64,000 nt of DNA, taken from NCBI RefSeq assembly GCF_046290725.1, contig NZ_JBKBUH010000001.1, positions 697,787-761,786 of the forward strand, read 5' to 3'. The notes below the pieces were generated by a model. It was not told the origin of the DNA and did no database searches. It saw nothing but the letters and a program-made list of their open reading frames with translations. This stretch comes from Phenylobacterium sp. (GTDB taxonomy: Bacteria > Pseudomonadota > Alphaproteobacteria > Caulobacterales > Caulobacteraceae). This document shows, one piece after another, positions 49,615-58,174 of this stretch (position 1 is the stretch's first letter; each line of letters opens with the position of its first letter). The position numbers and the translations under genes were made by a program.

Positions 49615-51087
49615 TCAGGCCTCCAGGATCCGGCGGATGGCCGGCACGAGTTCGCTCCGATCGACGGTCTGCTGGCCCGGCCGCTGGGCGCGCCAGGCCT
49701 CGTTGTCGGCCACCTGGGCGGAGAGTTCGCGGCCGAGGTCGAGGTCCTTGATCGTCACCTTGCCGGCGGCGATCTCGTCGCCGCCCAGGATCACCGCGGC
49801 GGGCGACAGGCGGCGGTCGGCATATTTCATCTGAGCCTTCATGCCCGAGGCGCCGAGATAGACTTCGGCTGGAATGCCGGCCGTCCGCAGCTCCGCTGCG
49901 ACCGCGAAGTACTGGGCCATGTCGTCCTGGCTGAAGGCGATCACCACCACCGGGCCGCGCGCCTGGCCCCCAAGATCCCGACCCGCCGCCCGCAAGGCCG
50001 AAACCAGGCGAGAGACGCCGAAGGAGAAGCCGGTGGCCGGAACCGGCTGACCGGTGAACCGGGCCACCAGATCGTCGTATCGGCCGCCGCCGCCGATGGA
50101 GCCGAAGCGGACCGGCTGGCCCCTGTCGTCGGCCGTCTGCAGCAGCAGCTCGGCTTCGAAGACCGCGCCGGTATAGTATTCCAGGCCCCGGACGATGGCC
50201 GGGTCGAACATCGCCCGATCCGAGGCGACCCCAAGGCTGTCGAGGGCGCGATGAATGGCGGCGAGTTCCGTCAGGCCCGCATCGCCCTCGGCCGATCCGC
50301 CGACGATGTTGGAAAGCCGGTCGAGGGTGTCGGCGCGACCGCCCGCGCCCCCCGCAGCCGTGAAGGCGAGCACGGCGTCGGCCCCCGCCGAGGAGAGCCC
50401 CGCGCCTTTGGTGAAGGCGCCGGATTCGTCCAGGCGGCCCTCACCCAGCAGCAGGCGGACGCCCTCAGGTCCGAGCCGGTCGAGCTTGTCGACCGCCCGC
50501 AGCACCGCGAGCTTCTGCCCCTCGTCGGAAACGCCGGCGGCGGCGAGCAGACCGTTCAGGAGCTTGCGGTTGTTGATCTTGATCACCGCGGTCCCCGCCG
50601 GCAGACCGGCCGCTTCCAGCCCCTCGACGGCCATGGCGATGACTTCGGCGTCGGCCTCGGGACGGGACGAGCCCACCGTGTCGGCGTCGCATTGCACGAA
50701 CTCACGGAACCGGCCGGGGCCGGGCTTCTCGTTGCGCCAGACCGGGCCGTAGGCGTAGCGGCGGAACGGCTTGGGCAGGGTCTCCCAGTTCTGGGCGGCG
50801 AAACGGGCCAGCGGCGCAGTCAGGTCGTAGCGCAGCGCCATCCACTGGTCGTCATCGTCCTGCAGGGCGAAGACGCCTTCGTTGGGACGGTCGGCGTCGG
50901 GCAGGAACTTGCCGAGCGCATCGGCATATTCGAAGGCGCCGGTGTCCAGCGCCTCGAACCCATAGCGTTCGTAGACGGCCGAGACCTTGGCCAGGATGGC
51001 GCGCTCGGCCGCAAGGTCACGGGCGCGGCGATCGATGAAGCCGCGGGGATTGCGGGCCTCGGGACGGGCGGTGGCGTCGTTCGTCAT
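49615..51087 (-). CDS. hisS: Histidine--tRNA ligase
   Basis: PRGFID, LRYDLTAPLAR, GRFREFVQCDAD, RGLEYYTG, GGGGRYD. Confidence 0.97.
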   Translation of the reverse strand: MTNDATARPEARNPRGFIDRRARDLAAERAILAKVSAVYERYGFEALDTGAFEYADALGKFLPDADRPNEGVFALQDDDDQWMALRYDLTAPLARFAAQNWETLPKPFRRYAYGPVWRNEKPGPGRFREFVQCDADTVGSSRPEADAEVIAMAVEGLEAAGLPAGTAVIKINNRKLLNGLLAAAGVSDEGQKLAVLRAVDKLDRLGPEGVRLLLGEGRLDESGAFTKGAGLSSAGADAVLAFTAAGGAGGRADTLDRLSNIVGGSAEGDAGLTELAAIHRALDSLGVASDRAMFDPAIVRGLEYYTGAVFEAELLLQTADDRGQPVRFGSIGGGGRYDDLVARFTGQPVPATGFSFGVSRLVSALRAAGRDLGGQARGPVVVIAFSQDDMAQYFAVAAELRTAGIPAEVYLGASGMKAQMKYADRRLSPAAVILGGDEIAAGKVTIKDLDLGRELSAQVADNEAWRAQRPGQQTVDRSELVPAIRRILEA

Positions 51088-51097
51088 GGCCGTCCGC

Positions 51098-51160
51098 CTA
51101 AAGCCTACGCCCGCGCGCGGCAAGGCGCGGCGCGGTCGATGCAGAAAGGGTGATGTCCAT
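51098..51160 (-). other. Second short uORF (20 aa) between the His leader and hisS
   Basis: ATG 51160: MDITLSASTAPRLAARGRRL*, preceded by AAGGA; stop is 10 nt before the hisS ATG. Confidence 0.3.
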
Positions 51161-51246
51161 CGTCAGGTCCTTGGGTGGAGGTCGACGGATGGAGCTTTCG
51201 CCTTGGAGAGCCCCATCCGCGGTGCGGGAGGCTCGGAGGGGTCGCG

Positions 51247-51324
51247 TCAGGCCATGCGATCCCGGCCGATGCCGCCGCGGGCGGTCGGATGGTGATGGCC
51301 GTGATGGTACGACAGGCGCGTCAT
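51247..51324 (-). CDS. hisL: Histidine operon leader peptide (attenuator uORF; absent from the ORF track)
   Basis: Manual translation MTRLSYHHGHHHPTARGGIGRDRMA*; five His codons in six positions, 160 nt upstream of hisS. Confidence 0.8.
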   Translation of the reverse strand: MTRLSYHHGHHHPTARGGIGRDRMA

Positions 51325-51366
51325 GACGGGCGGCTTCTAGCCGAGAGACATGAAGAAAGCGAGTCT

Positions 51367-52977
51367 TCAGCCCCTGAGCCGCGCGATCAGGGCGGCGGTG
51401 GAGGGGTCGTGCGCGCCGGCAGGGCCGCCTTCCAGTTCCTTGAGAATCCGTCCGGCCAGGGTCTTGCCGAGTTCCACGCCCCATTGGTCGAAGGAATTCA
51501 CGCCCCAGAGCGCGCCTTCCACGAAGGTCTTGTGTTCATAAAGCGCGATCAAGGCGCCCAGCGAGGCGGGGTCGAGCCGTTCCAGCAGAATGAAGCTGGA
51601 CGGCCGGTTTCCATGAAAGGTCTTCTGCGGGGCCAGTTCATCGACGCGGTCCTGCGGCAGGCCCTGGGCTGCGAGCTCGGCGCGAACCTCGCTCTCGGGT
51701 TTGCCGATCATCAGGGCTTCGGCCTGGGCCACCGCGTTGGCCAGCAGCTTGCGTTGAGAGGCCGCCTCGCCCTCCGCGGCCTCGCGCACCGCCACGATGT
51801 CGAGCGGGATGACCTCCGTCCCCTGGTGCATGAGCTGGAAGAAGGCGTGCTGCACGTTGGTCCCGGCGTCGCCGAAGACCGCGGCCGCCGAGGATCGGGC
51901 CAGCGGGCGGCCGAAGGCGTCCACCTGCTTGCCGTTGGACTCCATCTCCTGCTGCTGGAGATAGTTGGGCAGGAGACGCAGGCGCTGCGCGTAGGGCACG
52001 ACAGCGCGCACATGGCGGCCCAGGCCGTTGTTGTTGAAGACGTGGGCGAGGGCCAGCAGGACCGGGGCGTTACTTTCGAGCGGGGTCTCGCGGAAATGCG
52101 CGTCCATGGCCGCCGCGCCGGCGAGGAAAGCCTCGAACGCGGCCCAGCCCAGCGCCACGGCGCAGGAGAGGCCGACGGCCGACCACACCGAGTAGCGGCC
52201 GCCCACCCAGTCGCCGAAACCGAAGATCTGGTCGGCCGGCACGCCGAAGGCCTGGGCGACGTCCGGCGCTGCGGAGACGGCGATCATCTGGGCGTCGGCG
52301 GCCGGCCCCAGCGCCCCGCGCAACCAGGCCCGGGCGATCTGCGCATTGGCCATGGTCTCCTGGGTGGTGAAGGTCTTGGAGACGACGACCACCAGGGTCT
52401 CCGCCGGATCCAGGCCCGCCAGGGCCAGCGCGATGGCGGCCGGATCGACATTGGCGGCGAAGCGCAGGTCGATCTGAGGTTTGAGCGGGCGCAGCGCCTC
52501 CCAGACGAGCTGAGGCCCGAAGTCGGAGCCGCCGATGCCGATATGGACGATGGCGCGAATGGGTTTCCCGCCGGCCCCCGCCTTGGCGCCGGACCGCACC
52601 GCATCGGCGAAGGCGCGCATCTGCGCCCGGCTCGCCTCCACCTCGCGGGAGACGGGCTCGCCCTTGGCGCGGAAATCGGCGCCGATCGGCGCGCGCAGGG
52701 CCATGTGCAAGGCGGCGCGATCCTCCGACCGGTTGATCGCCTCGCCGGCGAACTGGCGCTCGCGGGCGGCCTCCACCTCTGCGGCGCGGGCGAGGGCCAG
52801 GCATGTGTCCAGGTCGGCCAGGGACCAGGGCTGCTTGGAGAGATCCAACCGCAGATGCGGAGCCTCGACGCAGAGCCTCGCCAGACGGTCCGGCTCGGCG
52901 GCGAGGAGGTCGGCGATACGGCGCGACTCTGCGGCGCGGGCGGCGGTCTCCAGCTGGATCCAGGCGTCTTGCGGCAT
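51367..52977 (-). CDS. pgi: Glucose-6-phosphate isomerase
   Basis: EDRAALH, IGIGGSDFGP, SKTFTTQET, WVGGRYSVWS, MESNGK, QHAFFQ, FDQWGVELGK. Confidence 0.97.
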   Translation of the reverse strand: MPQDAWIQLETAARAAESRRIADLLAAEPDRLARLCVEAPHLRLDLSKQPWSLADLDTCLALARAAEVEAARERQFAGEAINRSEDRAALHMALRAPIGADFRAKGEPVSREVEASRAQMRAFADAVRSGAKAGAGGKPIRAIVHIGIGGSDFGPQLVWEALRPLKPQIDLRFAANVDPAAIALALAGLDPAETLVVVVSKTFTTQETMANAQIARAWLRGALGPAADAQMIAVSAAPDVAQAFGVPADQIFGFGDWVGGRYSVWSAVGLSCAVALGWAAFEAFLAGAAAMDAHFRETPLESNAPVLLALAHVFNNNGLGRHVRAVVPYAQRLRLLPNYLQQQEMESNGKQVDAFGRPLARSSAAAVFGDAGTNVQHAFFQLMHQGTEVIPLDIVAVREAAEGEAASQRKLLANAVAQAEALMIGKPESEVRAELAAQGLPQDRVDELAPQKTFHGNRPSSFILLERLDPASLGALIALYEHKTFVEGALWGVNSFDQWGVELGKTLAGRILKELEGGPAGAHDPSTAALIARLRG

Positions 52978-53067
52978 GCGGTCTCCGGCGCGAACGTAGG
53001 GGGGCGTTTACCTTACGGCGGTTAGCAAATGCCCCAGCTTCTGTCTTGTTCTCCCCAAAGGGCCGCC

Positions 53068-53493
53068 ATGCTCCGCGCCGCCACCCTCGCCCTCTGCCTC
53101 GTCGCCACGCCGGTCCTGGCCGCAAGCCCGCCTGAGCCGCCGCCGGCGATGGCGCACGAGCCGCTCTTCGCCGACATCGTCTCGCGCGCTAAGGCCCTGC
53201 ATGCGCAGGTGGAGGCCGTGCGCGGCGGCGCGCCTCTCGGCGGCGACTTCAAGCGCCAGATCGGCGAACTCGCCGAACTCGACATGCAGGCCCATCGGAC
53301 GCTGGCCGAGCGGGACCTCGACGGCGACCTGAAGTGCATCCTGCGCGGCATCGCCGAAGATCTGCCGGAGAAGCTGGCGGCGCTGGAGGCGGCGACCGAC
53401 GCGAAGGGCCGCGACATGGCCCTGCGCGACATGGCCTACCTGCTGAAGGACAATGTCGAGGTGATCCTCGCTCCGCCTCAAGCGCCGGTCTAG
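53068..53493 (+). CDS. Secreted hypothetical helical protein
   Basis: Signal peptide MLRAATLALCLVATPVLAA; DLKCILRGIAEDL; typical codon usage. Confidence 0.7.
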   Translation: MLRAATLALCLVATPVLAASPPEPPPAMAHEPLFADIVSRAKALHAQVEAVRGGAPLGGDFKRQIGELAELDMQAHRTLAERDLDGDLKCILRGIAEDLPEKLAALEAATDAKGRDMALRDMAYLLKDNVEVILAPPQAPV

Positions 53494-53502
53494 GCTTCCG
53501 GC

Positions 53503-54117
53503 TTACTCCGCATACTTGACGCTGCAGCCGTAGGGCCGCGAGACCGGGGTCGCCACAGCACGGCCGGCCTTCAGGTCCGACAGGGCGGCCGTCACATAGT
53601 TCGTGGCGCCCTGGAGGCTGGCGGGATCGGCGCTCGGCTTGTCGTCGATGCCGCCCATGTAGACCAGCTTGCCCGAGCCATCGACCACGTACATGTGCGG
53701 CGTGGTGCGGGCGTCGTAGGCCTTGCCGACCTGGCCGGCGGGATCGAGCAGCAGGGCGCTGGAGCCGGCGCCGTGCTGAGCCTTCCATCCCTTGGCCTCG
53801 GTCTCGGAGAGATGGCCCTGCTTGCCCGGCGCCGACGACACCAGCGTCAGCCAGACCACGCCGTCCTTGGCGGCGTCCTTCTGCAGCTTCTGCATGGCGC
53901 CGGCCTTGTAGTGCTTCTGCACATAAGGGCAGCCGTCATTGGTCCATTCCAGGACCACGGTCTTGCCGGCGAATTCCGAGAGCGAGCGGGTGCGGCCGTC
54001 GGCGTCCTTGGCGGTGAAGGCCGGCGCGGACTGGCCGACAACGGGAGCCGCCGCGGCCGGCGCGGCGACCGCGAATGCGGCGAGGGCGGATATGGCAAGA
54101 CGGCGGGAGGGAAGCAT
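53503..54117 (-). CDS. Exported redoxin (AhpC/TSA, peroxiredoxin-like)
   Basis: APAFTAKD, VVLEWTNDGCPYV, ARTTPHMYV, YMGGID, PYGCSVKY. Confidence 0.88.
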   Translation of the reverse strand: MLPSRRLAISALAAFAVAAPAAAAPVVGQSAPAFTAKDADGRTRSLSEFAGKTVVLEWTNDGCPYVQKHYKAGAMQKLQKDAAKDGVVWLTLVSSAPGKQGHLSETEAKGWKAQHGAGSSALLLDPAGQVGKAYDARTTPHMYVVDGSGKLVYMGGIDDKPSADPASLQGATNYVTAALSDLKAGRAVATPVSRPYGCSVKYAE

Positions 54118-54137
54118 GGGGCGTTCCTTTCTCGGGG

Positions 54138-56267
54138 TCAGCTGGCGGTCGCGTCCTCAAGGGCCCTGATCACCAGGCCCTCGGTGAGCACCTGGGGAAG
54201 GATAACGGCCTCTCCCCCGCCGGGGCCATAAACAAGATAGAGAGGAACCCCGGCGCGGCCGTAGCGGGCAAGCTCGGCCTCGATAACGGCGTCCTTCCGG
54301 GTCCAGTCGGCCTTCAGATAGACAGCGCCGGTGCGGTCGAAAGCATCGGCGACGGCCTGGCGGGACAGGGCTATGCGCTCGTTCACCTGGCAGGTCACGC
54401 ACCAGGCGGCGGTGAAATTGACGAAGACCGTCTTGCCTTCCGAACGCAGCGCGGCCACGCGTTCAGGGGAATAGGCCTCGTAAGGCACGGCGGCCGAGGC
54501 TGCGCCTGAATCGTCGGCGGCGTCGGCCGCATCGTAGGCGGGCCAGAGAACCGCGGCCGCGGCGGCGACGGCGAGCAGGCTTCCGGCGCCGGCGAGCGCC
54601 AGGGGGCGGCCGCCCGAGGCCCGGCGCCGCTGCGCCACGCCCAGCATCCAGACCGCCAGCGCCAGCACCACGGCGGCGACGAAGAGGCGTGCGAGCGCCA
54701 TCGGCCCCGACTGGACGGTGAGCACCCAGGCGAGCCAGGCCGCGGCCCCGAACATCGGGAAGGCGAGAAGCGTCTTGAAGCCGGACATCCAGGGGCCGGG
54801 CCGGGGCAGGCGGGCCAGCAGGCGCGGCGCGAAGGCTGCGGCGGTGAACGGCAGGGCGAAGCCCAGACCCAGGGCCAGGAACACGGCCAGAGCCGCCGGC
54901 GCGCTTTGGGTGAGGGCCCAGCCGAGGGCGGGCGCCATGAGCGGCGCGGTGCAGGGGGCGGCCACCACCACGGCGAGCGCGCCGGTGAAGAAGGCGCCGG
55001 CAAGGCCGCTCCGGCCGGCCAGACCGGATCCGGCGCCCTGCAGCGAGGTCCCGACCTCGAAAACGCCGGCGAGGTTCAGCGCCACCACCAGCATCAAAAG
55101 GGAGAGGCCGGCCACCACCGGCGGCGACTGCAGCTGAAAGCCCCATCCCACCGCCTCGCCGCCGGCGCGCAGGGCGATCAGTCCCCCTGCCAGCAGGAGG
55201 AAGGTGGCGAGAACCCCGGCGAGAAAGGCCAGGCCCTGGCGACGCGCCGCCGCGGCCTCGTGGGCGTGGCCGGCGAGCGAGGCGGCCTTCATGGCCAGCA
55301 CCGGAAAGACGCAGGGCATCAGATTGAGGATCAGCCCGCCCAGGAAGGCGAAGCCGGCAGCGGCGAGCAGGCCGAGCCCAGGCCCGCCCGCCCCGCCGGC
55401 GCGGGCCGGCGGCGGGCCGAGCCCAGCCGCGGCGGGCGGCAGCGGTCCCTGCGCGGCCGAGATCTCATAGGCGGCGTCGCCGACCTTCAGCACGCCGGCC
55501 AGTACGGTCGGCGCATCCGGCGCCTGGAAGGCGTAGCCAGGGGCGAGGGCGAGGGTCAGTCCCTCCGCCCCCCGCTCGATCGCCTGCGGCTTGGCGTGGT
55601 CGAGGACGGTGGTTTCGAAGGGAAAGAAATAGGCGTCGGCGAAATCGGCGCCCTTCAAGGGTTCGCCGACGACGGCCAGGCGAAGGGTCTCGCCCTCGCG
55701 CCCGAAAGCGGCGGTCAGGCCGGCCGGCCGCGGCGCCTGCGCCAGAGTGCGGGCCACCGCCTGGCCCCAGCGCGGGGCAGGTTCGGGCAGGCCGTCGCCG
55801 ACAGGAAGGGCCAGGGCGAGTTGCGCCTCCTCTGGAATGCAGATCTCCTCGCAGACCAGGAAGGTGGCGTGGGCGCGGAGCGTCACGGTCTCGCCGACCT
55901 GAGCCGACGCCGGGATCGTGATCGGTACGGGCAGCAGCACCTCGCCGGAATAGCCGTAATTGACCAGCGGCCCGACCGGCTGCCGCTCGGGCGTCGGCCA
56001 GACGATCTCGCCGGCGCTCCAGCCTTCCGGCAGGGTCCACCGGACGCTGGTCGCCTCCCCGGAATCGCCGGGATTGCGCCAGTAGGTGTGCCAGCCCTTG
56101 TCGATCTTCTGGCGCACGGCGACATAGGTGGTGGCGCCGGGCGTGACGAACCGGTCGCGAGCGACGAGCTCGGCTTCGATGTGGCCGGTGTTGACGGCCT
56201 GGGCCGCCGCCGGCGCGGCGACGAGCAGGGCGAGCAACGACAGGGCTTGGGCGATCAGGCGCTTCAT
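54138..56267 (-). CDS. DsbD/ScsB-like membrane protein-disulfide reductase
   Basis: N-terminal WHTYWRNPGDSG and CEEIC; TM core LMPCVFP and APCTAP; C-terminal thioredoxin WCVTC. Confidence 0.92.
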   Translation of the reverse strand: MKRLIAQALSLLALLVAAPAAAQAVNTGHIEAELVARDRFVTPGATTYVAVRQKIDKGWHTYWRNPGDSGEATSVRWTLPEGWSAGEIVWPTPERQPVGPLVNYGYSGEVLLPVPITIPASAQVGETVTLRAHATFLVCEEICIPEEAQLALALPVGDGLPEPAPRWGQAVARTLAQAPRPAGLTAAFGREGETLRLAVVGEPLKGADFADAYFFPFETTVLDHAKPQAIERGAEGLTLALAPGYAFQAPDAPTVLAGVLKVGDAAYEISAAQGPLPPAAAGLGPPPARAGGAGGPGLGLLAAAGFAFLGGLILNLMPCVFPVLAMKAASLAGHAHEAAAARRQGLAFLAGVLATFLLLAGGLIALRAGGEAVGWGFQLQSPPVVAGLSLLMLVVALNLAGVFEVGTSLQGAGSGLAGRSGLAGAFFTGALAVVVAAPCTAPLMAPALGWALTQSAPAALAVFLALGLGFALPFTAAAFAPRLLARLPRPGPWMSGFKTLLAFPMFGAAAWLAWVLTVQSGPMALARLFVAAVVLALAVWMLGVAQRRRASGGRPLALAGAGSLLAVAAAAAVLWPAYDAADAADDSGAASAAVPYEAYSPERVAALRSEGKTVFVNFTAAWCVTCQVNERIALSRQAVADAFDRTGAVYLKADWTRKDAVIEAELARYGRAGVPLYLVYGPGGGEAVILPQVLTEGLVIRALEDATAS

Positions 56268-56350
56268 TCGTCCTTCCGACCTGAGACGGGTCCGACCTAT
56301 ATGGCCTGCCACGGCGGCTCGCGCAAAGCGACGCAGCGCCTCGGAGCCGC

Positions 56351-56635
56351 TCAGCCGCCCAACCAGCGCCGCGGCCGCTTCCAACCGAAGGCCTGCACCT
56401 GCCCGGGCTTCAGTCCCATGGACTTGACGATGGCGGGCGTCAGCTCCGCGATGGCGTGGACCGGCTCCAGCCCGCCCACTGGGCTTGCCGCCACCGGCCC
56501 AATGGAGAAGGCGTGGTCCACCGCCACCCACTCGGCCTTGGCGCGATCTTCCCACCCCACGGCGAAGTAGTGACGCAGGGGCGCGGGCTCGCCCGGAACC
56601 TCCACCATCACGCCGATCATCCAACCCGCCGCCAC
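56351..56635 (-). CDS. Hypothetical protein
   Basis: Compact ORF with coding-like composition (HYFAVG...AEW...GLKPGQV), same strand as and upstream of the DsbD-like gene. Confidence 0.6.
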   Translation of the reverse strand: MAAGWMIGVMVEVPGEPAPLRHYFAVGWEDRAKAEWVAVDHAFSIGPVAASPVGGLEPVHAIAELTPAIVKSMGLKPGQVQAFGWKRPRRWLGG

Positions 56636-56718
56636 GCGCCTTCTTAGCCCCTCGACTTGTCGCGCGTCAGGTCCATGATCGGCGAATCGGCGTTTTCCAT
56701 CTGGGGGAGTGCGTTTTC

Positions 56719-57111
56719 GTGCCTGCGTCGTTCGACGATATCGAGATGGGTCAGGTGGTCTCGCTGGGCGAGCACCCCGTGGAGCCCGAGGCGCTGGCCG
56801 CCTTCGTCGAGGCCTTCGCCCCGGGCTGGCCGCAGGAGCGCGGCGCGCCCGACGCCATGGTCTATGCGATCTGGTGCCGGCTGGATGCGGCCGCGGCGCT
56901 CGGCTGGCCTCAGACCAAGCGGCTGGGGGTCGACGCCCTGCGCTGGGCGCGCAACCCGCCGGCGGGCGAGACCCTGAGGGGCCGCATGACGGTGATGGGC
57001 AAGGACCCGGTGGGCGACGGCAAGGGCATCGTCATCGCCCAGCACGACCTGTTGGACGAGGCGGGCCGGCTGGTCTTCTCCTGCCTGACCCGCAGCGTGT
57101 TCGCGCGGTAG
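56719..57111 (+). CDS. MaoC-like hotdog-fold protein lacking the hydratase motif
   Basis: FDDIEMGQ..LG, LGVDALRW, GETLRGRMTV, GIV; GGGGAG RBS before GTG 56719. Confidence 0.7.
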   Translation: MPASFDDIEMGQVVSLGEHPVEPEALAAFVEAFAPGWPQERGAPDAMVYAIWCRLDAAAALGWPQTKRLGVDALRWARNPPAGETLRGRMTVMGKDPVGDGKGIVIAQHDLLDEAGRLVFSCLTRSVFAR

Positions 57112-57126
57112 GGCGTAGCTGACATT

Positions 57127-57152
57127 TCCCTCCCCTGCGAAGCGGGGGAGGG
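57127..57152. repeat. REP-like palindrome, identical to 5944-5969
   Basis: TCCCTCCCCTGCGAAGCGGGGGAGGG; lies between convergent genes. Confidence 0.85.
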
Positions 57153-57172
57153 AAAGAAGGCTCTTGCCGTCC

Positions 57173-57970
57173 TCAGGCGTTTGCGGCCTGGGGCTGGTTG
57201 GCCGAGCGGGCGAGCGCCAGGGCGACGAGGCGATCCCAGCCCACCAGCGAGGTGAGGTGGGCGTAGATCTGGGCGAGCGCGCCGTTGTCGCGCAGCTCGA
57301 TGAACTTGTCGGTCGGCACCGCCTTCAGCTTCTCTTCCGAGACGGCGAAGTATTCGGCGATCACCTGAGGCTCGCCCTGGCTTCCGTCCGGGTTGGTGGG
57401 GGTGAAGGTCGCCTGGCGGGTCTCGAACAGGTCGAGGTCCTTGAGCAGCTGCACGAAGGCCAGGGTGCGCTGACGCTCGTTCTCGTAGTCGTTGCAGAAA
57501 TTGATGCAGTTCTGCGTGTACTCGGTCGGCTTGCCCTCGGCGTCGAAGAACGGCATCTCGCCGCCTTCCACCACGAACTCCGCGGCGCGGTCGATGCACA
57601 GGATCATACGGCCCGCGGCCGAGTCGTTGGCGAAGACGAACGGATAGCGGCGGATATAGGCGGGCACGTAGACGCCCGGCTCGAACATGCCGTTGTCCTG
57701 CAGGAACATGTTCTGGCCGGCGTTCAGGCCCATCACCGCCAGCGGGACCTTGTCGTCGCCGACGAAGATGATCGGGCCGCAGACAGCGGCCAGGCCGAAT
57801 TCGGCGACGGTCAGGGGCACGGCATGGCCTTCGCGGGCGAAGCCGAAGGGGCCGTCCATGCGCTTGACGCCCAGGTTCTTGTGCAGCTCGGGCGCGAGGG
57901 GTTCCGGCTTGGAATAGAACAGCACGCTGCCGGTGATCTGACCCATGCCTTGGTCGTTTGCGGTCGCCAT
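57173..57970 (-). CDS. SapC family protein
   Basis: LFYSKPEPL, HAVPLTVAEF, PLAVMGL, YVPAYIRRYPF, LAQIYAHLTSL. Confidence 0.85.
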   Translation of the reverse strand: MATANDQGMGQITGSVLFYSKPEPLAPELHKNLGVKRMDGPFGFAREGHAVPLTVAEFGLAAVCGPIIFVGDDKVPLAVMGLNAGQNMFLQDNGMFEPGVYVPAYIRRYPFVFANDSAAGRMILCIDRAAEFVVEGGEMPFFDAEGKPTEYTQNCINFCNDYENERQRTLAFVQLLKDLDLFETRQATFTPTNPDGSQGEPQVIAEYFAVSEEKLKAVPTDKFIELRDNGALAQIYAHLTSLVGWDRLVALALARSANQPQAANA

Positions 57971-58174
57971 GAAAAGCCTTCGAAGTCCTGGGCGCTGATG
58001 AGGGTGCGACGGGGCGTGCGAGCCGCCGTTGCGCGAAGTCCGGGCTTCTAGCCCATCGTAGCGAGGGCGGCAAACCTCCTCGCCTTCCGCTTGCCTAGCT
58101 TGTCGCGAGCCGCTTCAATCCGCCGCCATAGTCGACACGCTCAATAATGGCTGCTTTTCGGAGGAAACGATTTC

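Noticed and set aside
51950-51966. Pgi motif reads LQQQEMES rather than the usual LQQLxMES
   Set aside because: Single substitution; catalytic residues and the reading frame are intact
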